DNA of 64,000 nt from Lingula anatina (Eukaryota > Animalia > Brachiopoda). This document shows, piece by piece, positions 28,176 through 40,170 of this stretch (position 1 is its first letter; each line of letters opens with the position of its first letter). The notes beneath the pieces were generated by a model. It did not search any database, had not been told where the DNA came from, and was given only the letters and a program-made list of their open reading frames with translations. The stretch lies in contig CM120644.1 in the NCBI GenBank assembly GCA_051362555.1, positions 24,698,534-24,762,533 on the forward strand, written 5' to 3'. The position numbers and the translations under genes were made by a program.

Positions 28176-30221
28176 ATGTCGTAGCTTTTTCTTAGAGACT
28201 GAGGGCTAGATTAAATATGTATTATTATTTTTTAATGTCCATGTGTATGTGGGCAGCCAATAAGTATCTAGGTAGGTGATAAAGTCTTAGAGCAGCTATG
28301 TAGATTTTGGGGAAACCACTGCTGGCGAAGTGCCATGTTTTCCTGGGTAAAATACAATCCTGAAGTGAAAATAATATGGTGTTGATCAAGTAGTTTTTAG
28401 AATAGAAGTGATTATTTGTTGCTAAGTTTACTTTAAGTACATATTCCATACAACGAAAACGAGTACGAAAATGTGTAAGAATATTCCTGATAAATAGTAG
28501 AAAATATTTGGTTTGTATCGTCATACATATAAGTAAGCTGCAAAGAAGTACCAAGAAAGCTAGACGATGTAGGGGAGTGGGCATTATTAAAAGAAGAAAT
28601 ATTTATGATAAGTATTAGAACTGTGTGTGATGATTTACGGACTTTAGACGATCAGTAAGTATGATTTACCTCATGATTGCTATTTATGAAAACTCTTGAT
28701 CTATGCAATGACTTCAGATTATAGCCTGAGACAATACGTTGCCTTGACAACTGATTAACCAATCAGAAGCCTATGTGATTGTCACGTGACGAAAATGAAA
28801 ATAAATGTAATGAAATACGTTTTGGATTATTTTGTTATTAATAATTCTAGGAAGTATAATTGTAAAAATCAATAAAACATTAATGCGAAGCTTAATTGTC
28901 TATTTAATGATTGAATGATCGATTTATTTATTTATATTTTTAGATATTCATTTATATCTAGATCCCCCCCCCGAAATTGCAAACCTCCCTCGGTGAAAAG
29001 GAAAAAATAATTTAAATCTTTAAAATATAAGTCTGTATTAATTCAGGATTGTGACAACACAACCTTATCTCCTAAATAGCTGTCTGTCTGGAAAAGTTCG
29101 TCACAATTAAGGAGACATAAAACATGACTCTGAAGGCACTGTCACAGCTAGGGTGTAACACTGACATATGAGAAAGATTCCCCATACACCAACAAACGCA
29201 AGGGATTCGTAAGAATTACGTCGTTGTTCTGTGTTCGCATAGGGAGAAATATAGACTTTTTGACTTTTGTTCAAAAAGAATTCCATACGCTGCAAGTATT
29301 TTCATTTTAAATCGCCGAAAACAGTGATTACATACGCTCAAAGTCGTACTTGTAAACATTGTCACATACGACACTCATACGTACGTCTTTATGCTAGGCG
29401 TGACAGAACATTTACAGCCATGCCAACCAACACCAAAGAAAAAAAATTATCTCCAGCGTTGGCAGGGGTTAAAATTATCAACAACATTAAAACTGGCAGG
29501 CACCAGCTGGGTGAATCTCTAGGCCGCCGCCAGGAACTGGTCGTTAATATAGTAACAGTAGTATTTATTTCTTGTAACTGAATATGTTGGATTACAATGT
29601 CATTTCACTATTAAAATGTAAAATAAATAATAAAATATAAATAATCGGTGAATGTATAACAGTTAAAATGATAGAGGTCAAATAGGAATTTAGATGCATT
29701 TTCGCACATGAAAAGATATTTAAAGAACAAGTTGCACTTAAACAGCATGTGTTAAGAAATGCATTCTTAAATCACAATACTTAAATACAAGGCGACGCTG
29801 TCCTCCACGTGAAGAAATATCGGAGTCACAGGGACAGATGCCAACAGCAATTTATTTGAGAACAGAGATTCTTATTGCAAATTAATTATGACATTTAAAA
29901 AATTCCAACTGCCATTACCAAGTTCTTGAAGCCTGCACAGCTGAGGAGATTACAAATGACATACGTGTACCCTGAGTCTCCAGGCTGCCTCCACTGATTC
30001 CTATTCTAATACCAGCAAGGTGCCCGATATTGATGGGTGGATTGATGGCCGCCAATCCTTTGAAACTCCGGGTGATTTAAACCCTGTATATATACAGACA
30101 CATATAAGTTTGTGTTGCACACGGGGATCAGTCTGCATCTTGTGTCTGCCTGGGTTTAGTTCCCTGGTCTCTAAAATCTCTGCCACATCTCCTATTAGCT
30201 CCATTCCTCCCTAGCAGTAAC

Positions 30222-31396
30222 ATGAAGGTCGCTCTCACACTGTGCGTATTGTGCGCGTTTCTGGCGGTGACAACAACAGAGGCCAGTGAAGATACGCTGA
30301 AGAGTCTCCTGATGAAACTCCTGGATGACAGTAAGTGGAGGTCGCCCGAGTGGTTTTTATTTTGCTCATCTTGATTTTTTTTCTCAATTTCCTTACATGG
30401 TTTGTAATGAGATGTAAGTATAAAATTAATGCAGTTTGGTGGCGTGTGATGAATACATCTCTCACCTTTTTTTTTTTTTTTTTTGTTTTTCGCTTCGTAG
30501 AATCTCATCTGAATTTCACTTGTTAAAATGTATCTAAGCTATAAATCTTTTTTACAATACTTATACCTAAAAAAAAAGCACTAGTTGCTTTAAGGGATCT
30601 GCATTCCGATGAGCACCCAAAGATTCTTACAAAGTTCTCAAAGAATGTTTGATTGGAGATAGGTTTGTTGTTTTTGTCTGAAAAAAGAAATAACATAAGC
30701 AGTATATTATTTTTTGTTGAAGAATGAATTAGAACACGAAGCACTGTTCCTTTGATAGGGCTTGTGAGAAAGAATTAATTTCTCTTACAAAAGATACCAT
30801 TGGATGTCATACAGATTGAGTGAACTTTTTGCACTTCTTTACTAAAATATCATCATTTTTCTAACTTTTAGACACTGAGGAGGAGACGCAGGAGGAGGAA
30901 TCGAATGACAACTACGAGGACGAGGAGGAACAGTTGCTGACAGATCTGAAAGGTAGGAATTCACAAATTTGTTCAACCTGTGGACACTTATTTGGCTATT
31001 TGGCATAAAATGAAATTTTAAATTGACTTTTGAAGGTTGGGAATCGAGTGTGTGTTTAATAACTGTTTCATGACCGTTCAATGCAGTTCTGATGTCCCTA
31101 AATTCCAGCAGTGAATTTGAGAATCGAACCTGAGATTTGCGTATTGCGTGAAATAGGATAATTTACAAAAATAAGTTATCCAAAACGAACAAAGACCGAA
31201 CAGAAATGATTGGCGCATAGAAATTTCATTCATATAGCGATCATTTGTGACTCTTCAGCAACTCTAGGAATTTTTTCCATTCCGTAATTATAATAAATCG
31301 TGCGTTCATTCGGACGCTATTTTGTTTAGACAAAAACACAAAATCGAGAGAATAAGAAATACAAAAAATGTTTTCAAAGTCCTATGTATGCTTTTT

Positions 31397-31432
<36 letters not shown>

Positions 31433-32326
31433 ACTGAACAAGACTTGTCCACAACTTCAGACCGATTCACACACATGTGGTGTTGACTTCAATATTTCTT
31501 TCCCTCAGATGATCTGATGAACCTGGAAGCGTTCCGAAAATGCCAAAAATGCACCAAGACGAAGACGATGACCAAGACGCTGCAGTGCACTGTCTCTGAG
31601 TCACAAAAAGACGAGGAGGGCTTCTCACCGTGTAGAAACAGCGTTCTCACATTTAGTAAGTATCGCGATTTCATAGTTTTGTTTCTTTCTTTCTTTCTGT
31701 ATTTCTTTATTGTTTAGTTTGTTTGTTTGTTTGTTTCTTTTGTTGTTTTCTGTTCATCGAATCTGATTTTTGTTCTATCGGAATATTTATTATGATCTTT
31801 CTTTTTCACATATTTTACATTAATTCGCATGTTTGTAATTTTTCTATTTTTGTTGGCGCTTGATATCTTAAAAAAGGCACCCTCTTCCGCTTTAACAAAA
31901 CGCAGTTGAATTCGTATCTTATGATTTGTTACATGTGAATCATCGTTATTCAATATTCTCTTCATCATTCTTTTGTTTGACCTAATTGCAATGTGGTAAC
32001 AGTTGCCATGTCTATTCCATTCTTTTCTATCTCTGTCTAGTTTTGTTCCATCCAGTTTCATTATCAGTACTGTTCTATTTAATTTCATTATGTACAATAT
32101 TATATTGAAGACCTATACATATCCCGACTGTAGTATTGGCAGGGTAACATTAACGAGACGCTGTTTGTATTCAGGGGGACAGAGATACGAGAGCTGCCAG
32201 AGAAAGGGAGGACGCTGCAGCGGCCGTATCAAGCTGTGTGAGTCCCTGCGCTGTGTGAAGGCGGCGGACTGTTCCAGTGAAGTCCAGTGTGTCGTCTACA
32301 CGAGAGACTGCGAGTGGATCTGCTAG
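30222..32326 (+). CDS. Secreted cysteine-rich precursor A (signal + acidic pro-region + 12-Cys domain), ~162 aa
   Basis: Exons 30222-30330, 30872-30952, 31509-31655, 32175-32326; three phase-1 GT-AG introns; 489 nt. MKVALTLCVLCAFLAVTTTEA-SEDTLKSLLMKLLDDNTEEETQEEESNDNYEDEEEQLLTDLKDDLMNLEAFRKCQKCTKTKTMTKTLQCTVSESQKDEEGFSPCRNSVLTFRGQRYESCQRKGGRCSGRIKLCESLRCVKAADCSSEVQCVVYTRDCEWIC*. Paralogous to the next two genes. Confidence 0.88.
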
Positions 32327-33624
32327 AGACAGCCATGCTTTACGACGCCTCGTATTACTAGTGTGTTTGACACTATAATATTGTCTTAAAGCTAAAAAGA
32401 ACTTTTTTCATTTTAAAGCCAACTGCTTGTGCACTGGTGTTTGAGAAATAGTTTGAACGTACGATAGGCAGATCTAGTTTTGCTTAGGGAATCGATTTGA
32501 TACGAAGCCACACATTATTATAACTTGCTATTTCGCTTCAACCTGAAAAAAATTTGAAATTCTATATGCCCTACTGAAATACAAGGCAGAACGTGCAGTA
32601 GGCATATCCAGTTTTATGACATTTCAAGAAAATGTGATAGCCTTTGAATAATTCTTTCAAAAGTTTGATACAAGTCACCAGGATTATTCTGACGAGCAAC
32701 AGCCATGATGGAAATAGACGGTGTGCCATTGTCTTCTCTTGCGTAATTTAATTTGAAACTTTGACTTAGTTTTCTTATTGACATCAGAGATTCGGTTGAT
32801 GTTATTTTTACATCAGTTTTTTACTTTATGTAAAAGCAGCACATAAAATGTGATATATATTGAAATCATCAATTACCTCGTAGTGAAGGGACTATATTGT
32901 CTCTGTTGTTCTAATTACAGCAATAGCCTCAAAGTTTTATTCACAGATTGTGGCATTATCGATATATATAGTATGTTTTGTATTTCGAATCCTAATGGCG
33001 CATATTAGTTGCTACAATGTAGCCTGTTTTTAGATGCAATATTTTTTTACGAATGATAATGCATCTTGGATTATTTTATTAATTGTGCTATATTGTAGTC
33101 GGGCATAAACATTAACAAAATATTTGCAGGTAGTTACGGCAGTATTGTACTAGCAATACCACTCCCTTGCCTGTTTTCACAATGCACACTGAAAGTTTTG
33201 ATATCGTGAAGTAATCGCTGGATTGCAGTACAGTATATTCTGTCCTCCTGCTGATCGTGGACAGCTATACTGGTGCTTTACAGACAACATTTACCAAATA
33301 TCCAAAGTGAGAATTAAATCTGTCATTAGTGTTACACTCTCCCAGATGCTGTAACATGTTGTGAATATCAAGACACATTAGAGACAGAAATAAAATGCAT
33401 TGAGTGCTATAAGGTGTCAGACATTTTGTTTTATGTTCTTCAACATCTATTCGTCAAGGTGAAAAAACATCATGGTTGACCTCCGTCTAATTAAAGTATT
33501 CGTTTACAAAAGTCCATCAACAACGTACGTGACCAAAGAAATTTTACCAAAGTTTCTAAATGCTGCTCGTTAAAAAAACCATTCCGCAACAAGTCAGAGA
33601 GTAAATGTGCAAAAAAATGTTCAT

Positions 33625-33808
33625 AAGCTTTGTAGTTGGATCATAAATGAAAATTATCAAACACAAACCAAAAAGCGTTTATACCGTTAGCTATACCACC
33701 TAGCGGTCAGTGAGTGTGAACACGTCAGTCTGATGAAGGCCTACGTCCAGGTTGGCCGTAAGCTAACGGTATGAAAATATTCCGGCTTGTGTTTGATAAT
33801 TTTCATTT
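33625..33808 (+). mobile_element. Fold-back repeat with a degenerate hammerhead-ribozyme-like core
   Basis: Inverted arms aaatgaaaattatcaaacacaa / ttgtgtttgataattttcattt and ataccgttagc / gctaacggtat enclose CTGATGA-A-GGCC-(12 nt)-GGCC-GTAA. Confidence 0.55.
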
Positions 33809-34755
33809 TTAAAGTTTGAGACTAGTTCAGTATATATTCTCACTGGGCAGGTCAACGTCGACGCTAAGGAGACTGAACGTTGATGAGCTAAAAGTCCAGT
33901 AACAGATCACATAAGCTTTATTCATGTAAAGTTTCATAAACTGAAGGTCCAGTAATAGCTTAGATAAACTTACTTAGCGTAGGGTTTAATTAACTAAAAG
34001 TCCAATGAGAAAATCTTTAAACTTCAGTCTTGTAGAATACGACTGGGAGATTTATTTATACAGTCATATGTACACATACTGTCGACGAGGAAAAAATTGG
34101 GAGGGGTTTTGCTCCAAGATTTGGAAGATTTTTTGCAAAACGTAGTAAGAGGAATGTAAGAAAAATAAATCGATATTGTAGTCCATGTTCAGAGAGGGAT
34201 AATTTTTCAACGAGCGAAAGAGTCTAAATGCTTTTTTTAAATCTTTCTATGTCATTGTCACATATGTATCACGAGGGACAAAAATAGAATAGTCCAATAA
34301 AACAATTAAGAACTCTAAAAATGCACGTTTTGGACCCCCCCCCCCCCTCTCGTAAAAGGATTAATCTTTGGAGATGAAGGCATCGTATGTCTCGTTTTCC
34401 CTGTCGCTAAATCGTAACTAATCGCAGGCAGCTACTAGTTGGCTTCCAAGTCACAAACTGACATTAATTTCAGGAGGATATATTTACATATCAAATCCAC
34501 CTTGTATACAATATCCCACCAGACAACCATTCAGGTACTCGCTAATTGCTCTTATATCTCCATTTACCTGCCTGGCTGTGTGGAATTGAATGGAGAATGG
34601 ACGAGATGTCTGGCGTACAGAAAGACATCCAGATTTATGGGGTACCCTAAATGGCTGATAAATGATTGGGTGGGTAGTTTTTCAGATTTTTTTTATTTTA
34701 CTTTTTTTGAAAGTACATTGTGATTCACATTAAGTTTAAGGCCCGAATACAGATT

Positions 34756-34786
<31 letters not shown>

Positions 34787-35185
34787 TGTCGCGCAAAATC
34801 TGTGTTAGGTTGAATTAATCTTGACCTGACGTAAATGATCATATAAACAGTGGCTACCAGCCAGTCTGGTGTAAGTAATGACCGGTCCCTATGTGCCAAA
34901 GTGGCATAAATAATAACTGGTCCCTTCCAGAGTCAACTTGACATAGACCAGGGCCGATCCCTGACATTCAGTCTGATATGATATTCAAGTGGCACCTTCA
35001 TTTATGCAACAGTTACTGCCTGCACCTGTGAAGACTTTGCCATAGTTCCAAAGCACTATTTTCGAAACCATTACCCTCTCCCCTCTCATTAAAAAACACA
35101 TTAAATACCTCCCGGCATTTTATTTAATTAAACGCGCTGTATCACAAACACGTAAGGTGTCAGCGGTTAACTACTTATCCCCTAC

Positions 35186-35191
35186 TATAAA
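35186..35191 (+). promoter_or_regulatory. Candidate TATA box of cysteine-rich gene B
   Basis: TATAAA ~120 nt upstream of the ATG, with an Inr-like TCACT ~25 nt downstream. Confidence 0.5.
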
Positions 35192-35307
35192 CTGGGAACG
35201 CTAGCGTCGTTCACTCCGTCACGCACACCTCTGCCCGCGTCTTGGTGTCTCGTTTCTTAATTAACGGTATCATCACTGTTTGTGTCGTCTTAACCGTTGT
35301 CTCCGCC

Positions 35308-37245
35308 ATGAGGATCGCCCTGCTCTTGTGTATGTTGTGTGCTGTCGTCTCCACCACCAGCGCTGGCGACAGGGAAAATACGTTAAAGAAGCTCCTGTTG
35401 CGTCTTCTAGACGGTGAGTTGAAGGACTATTTTTCAAAATACTGTCTTGTTTTTAAGTATGTGATCATGAGAAACACACTGTACCAGACTGTCTGGCAGA
35501 CATAATAAATAGTCCTTATGTGTCAGTTTAGCATTAAAATGATTGTTTAACTGGTCACAGTCAGGCGAGATAAGATGGATGTTAAAATGTATTCTTACAA
35601 GAGCGTGCTATTTTTTCATAAAGCACTAAAGCTAGAGTACAAATATAGAAATAAATAAATATTCATACAAACGGTCTTTTGAGTTTAAATAAAAGATCAA
35701 TCGTCATCCTTCCCTCAACAGAAGAAACAGACAAAAGTTCTGAACATTCGAAAACAGAGGAGAAAGACGACGTTAAAGAAGAGGAAGAGATAGACGACCA
35801 TGATGAAGACCTGACTCTGAGAGGTAAATAATACAATTCTCCAGCATAATGCCATTGCTTCTTTACATAAAATACAGAAGGGATATATAACTTTTGGATT
35901 CGTTGTTGTTAATTAACACATAGTTTAAGTTTCCCGGCGTCTCCCTGCTTGCTGGTCATTGCAGAAGCCACTTTTGAATACATACACATACACTGGACAA
36001 TACTGTATATTGAACGGATAACAACTCTTCGAATGATATACATATTTCACAATAAATACATTGCAAACAACTCATAGATATGAAGTTTTTTACCACGACA
36101 ACGGCGGTTATCACAATTATTTTGGAATTTCTGATTGCCATCTTACCACGTGACTTCCATAGTTGGCTACCCTCTGTATTTATCTTTTAAGAGATTATAA
36201 CAAAAAGAAAACTTTGAATGTCGGAACGGATTCAGTAACCATTAGTAATTATGGCAAAATTGTTATTTACCCCAGGAGAGTCAATTTTTGGCCAAAATAA
36301 AGTCGTTATCCATTTAATCACACTGTCTTTTATTTGCCTCTCCCCAGGACTGATCGGGCTAGAGGAGTACCTGAAGTGCCACAAGTGTGAAAAGAAAGAC
36401 ATCCACACCCGACCTCTGTACTGCAGAGTCAGCGAGAAGAACGTTGAGAGCGGAGAGTTTGAAGTGTGCGAAGTTAGCCAGCGGATTATACACAGTAAGT
36501 TAGCCAGCGGATTATACACAGTAAGTTAGCCAGCGGATTATGCACAGTAAGTTAGCCAACGGATTATGCACAGTAAGTTAGCCAGCGGATTATACACAGT
36601 AAGTTAGACAGCGGATTATGCACAGTAAGTTAGCCAACGGATTATGCACAGTAAGTTAGCCAGCGGATTATACACAGTAAGTTAGCCAGCGGATTATGCA
36701 CAGTAAGTTAGCCAGCGGATTATGCACAATAAGTTAGCCAGCGGATTATACACAGTAGGTTAGCCAGCGAATTATACACAGTAAGTTATCCAGCGGATTA
36801 TACACAGTAAGTTAGCCAACGGATTATACACTGTAAGTTAGCACACATAATACATGCAGTCCACGTCACATTAAATACATACTGGTGTTAGACATGATGA
36901 CTGTCAGTCAGAAAACAAAATACCTCAGATTTTTTGGTCCTGGTCATGGTATCTTGGTCTTTTTTTGGTGTGCTGATGTTCTGATGTTAAAACTAAACAA
37001 TTTGTTCGTGTATTTGTTTTTATATAACAGTATGATTGTTCCATCGATTGAAAATAGGTTAATTAGAATATTAATCATTTTTCTCTTCAGGCGGTCAAAG
37101 ATTCCAAAATTGCAAACGCAAGGAAGGCAGCAAATGCACAGGTGAAGTGAAGGAATGTGAGTCGAAGAGATGCGTGCTCACTTCCGGTTGTAATGGACCA
37201 ATCACGTGCGAGGTGTACACCAAGAAATGTCACAAAGTCTGCTAA
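35308..37245 (+). CDS. Secreted cysteine-rich precursor B (12 Cys), ~169 aa
   Basis: Exons 35308-35413, 35722-35823, 36348-36494, 37091-37245; phase-1 introns as in gene A; 510 nt. MRIALLLCMLCAVVSTTSA-GDRENTLKKLLLRLLDEETDKSSEHSKTEEKDDVKEEEEIDDHDEDLTLRGLIGLEEYLKCHKCEKKDIHTRPLYCRVSEKNVESGEFEVCEVSQRIIHSGQRFQNCKRKEGSKCTGEVKECESKRCVLTSGCNGPITCEVYTKKCHKVC*. Kozak-like gccATG; AATAAA at 37449. Confidence 0.88.
36471..36842 (+). repeat. 26-bp tandem repeat (14 full copies + partial) spanning the exon 3 / intron 3 junction of gene B
   Basis: Unit aagttagccagcggattat(a/g)cacagt, period 26, counted directly. Confidence 0.95.
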
Positions 37246-39718
37246 AAACGCTGTCTAAAGAAGAAGAAAGATTGTCGCACTTTGTTCTTTTACAGATCTA
37301 AGAATACACTTGACTAAATCTTGACTGATTATGTCATATCAACTTGTAGGACATGAAAATGCTGGATTCCTTACACAAAACTATAAATGATATTGGCGCC
37401 AATTGGAAGTGCTTTACAGTGGCTATTGGAAAAGGAATCGTTCCTAATAATAAAGTAGATCAAAATATTTTAAAACATGTCCTTTTATGGGTAATTATTT
37501 TTACTGCCAGCTTCCTATAGAGGAACATAGAACTAATTGTAGAATTCCATGCCTTTGCTGGCAATGATGTTCTGGTTCGGGAATATAGAAGAAGGAACTG
37601 AATTTTCAGCAAGCTTTTGTTGTTTAGATAAACAGTTTTTATTTGTAAGTTTTAGATGTTAAGAAACTTGAAGTCAACTTACAAAATGACTTAATTCCCG
37701 TTTCTGTAGGGATGCTCGTGAACCGTGGTGTAATGGTAACACACAAATCGACTCCTCGCAAAGTCCCCCAAAACTGCAAACGCAGTTAGAGAACCAGTTT
37801 CGATTCAGAAATCTGACATTTGTTAGGACGCTAGTCTACTGTAGAAGATACAGCTTTCATTAAAGATAGAAAATTTAACATGTGCTTTGTAATGCATTTC
37901 TTTCTTTTTTTTCTTTTTGTTATCATCTACCCAAGATGTTGAGTTCACTGTAAATTTTTCAACAGCAGTCTACCTGAAATGGGCGTCAATCACATGATAT
38001 GATCCATGCCACTTCTGTCTGCCAGAAGAAAAATAATTGTCTACAAACTATTAGCGTAGGTGCATTGATGATCTCAGTGTCTTTACAGTTCAGCTGTTGT
38101 CTTAAACCGTGGCACATAAATCTACCAGAATTAGCTTTTTAAAGCAAAACAAAACAATTGAACTCCCTCTACCAGCAGACAAACTGTCACCTGAAAACCA
38201 GAACACATAAAACTGTCACATTCACAGTGATTTCTTGTCAACGATTGTAAGACAGGAGTAAAGTAATTAGGACAAAATGCTAATTCCCGGGGTTTATTTA
38301 TAACGTTTATTTCACAGTGGGTGTTAATTCACTAAGGAGTGGAACCGTGGTTTGGTATTAGTTCAGCGTGGTAGACGAGAACAGGTGACGCGGAAAGTGA
38401 CACCAAGGACATTGGCGAGGACAACGACAATGTGCCATGATGGCTAAATGAACGTTATGCGTGTTTGTGTTTGTGTCTGTGTAGGGGGTGGGGTATTAAG
38501 TGGTCTGGCATACCGAGGACAGCCTACGCGCGTTCCAGTCAATATTACCACCCGGTGAAGTATGCAGGTGTGGGAGGGAGGGAGGGGAGGTGCTGGGGGG
38601 GGGGGGAGTTCACTCAGTCCACTCAGTAAATGATTAAACGTGCAGGCGGATTCATGCTGTAATGACAACAACAACATCAAAACATTTTAATTTTAATTCA
38701 ATTAAAATTGTTTTACCTAACAATAGCGATTTCTCAATACCAGAGAATACAAGAGCCAGAGGTATAAACTGCAGAGTAAAATTTAAAGTAGATACTTTCC
38801 CATCTAATAAATCTCATGGACTCGACACCAGTGTAGTTACGTGTGCCACCCCGACGCATTAATTACTGAAACTGATCTCCATGTAATTACAGTCCAACCA
38901 CAAGTCAAAGTTTTCAAGATATTTCCATACCGCTACTAATAGACTCAATGGTTAACGCTCAGCAACACCCCAAGAACCACGTTGCCAGAATCCATGGTGC
39001 TTCACAGCAGCTTGTCTCATGGTCCGAGTAAGCTCACGTTATCGTTTCCTTCTCCTTTATGTTTTAAAGTAAATGTCTTTTATATAAACGTTGGGCCGTG
39101 TATGTGTTGTCATATATCAGATAAATCTTTTCAGTTTGTTGACGGCCAGGATATAAACGGAGGGAGGGGGGGTCTCTTTTGCCGAGTCTGTCTATTGCTC
39201 AGACGCCAAAGAGAGTTCCAAAACGGTTCTTCATATTTGATTGACTCGCATGAGATTTCAAGATACACTGACTGACTTTACAAATCGCCCGTTTCTTCAG
39301 TAAACCGAGGATAAAAGGAATCTTGAATCCATAACCCTGAAAAGTCAGTACATTAATCGTATCAAGATAATGTGACAAACACTAGTAAATGTTAGCTCAA
39401 AGACTCAATGCTCGCGCACCTTTGAAGCGGTTTCCTGTGGTGACCCTGTTTGGCCACAGAATCTGCTAGCAGTCTGTTACAAAATTCTATACATTTTTAG
39501 AGGCACATGAGATATCAGATGGTGTTCTGTTTACATGACCCGCAATAACACAGAACTGGCGGTGACACAATGATTTGATATCACCCGTATACCACTGGCT
39601 TAATTTAGATGTAACCATAGAAGACAGTTAGTATCTCTTTCTCTTTCTGTCTCTCTTATTTCTGTTTGCGTGTATTTCATTGTGTGTGTGTGCGTGCACG
39701 CGTGCATGTGTGTGTGTT

Positions 39719-39758
<40 letters not shown>

Positions 39759-40170
39759 GGGGAGGCAGGGTTAGGCGTCTCATTACGCCCCTGGATAAAT
39801 TCCACCGATTAAAATGTTTGCTCCACTTTGAAGTACACGTTACAAAACATTTGCAGCCATCATTTGCCTATAAATGTGTCCCTAATGGATATATATAAGG
39901 ACATGGATGTCTCTTAAACCACCGACCAGTGTGCTTGCATAAAATTAGACCAGAAACGCCTCCATATATTAAACCACCCCTCACTGGTGACACTAAGGGG
40001 TACAGAAATCTTCTTAACCAGACCGTCTAGCGTCTCACATTGAGTCAGTCGTGTGTATCCACGCGGAGGAGCAAACGTCTTCACCAAAACTCTACTCGTA
40101 CACCTTCCTTCCGCTGCCACATTCACTTAAAGAGGGAGGGACGCCGTCTTCATCAGACGCCAGGAGAAGC

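Noticed and set aside
36471-36842. CRISPR-like array
   Set aside because: Units are contiguous with no unique spacers, there are no cas genes, and the context is eukaryotic; it is a minisatellite
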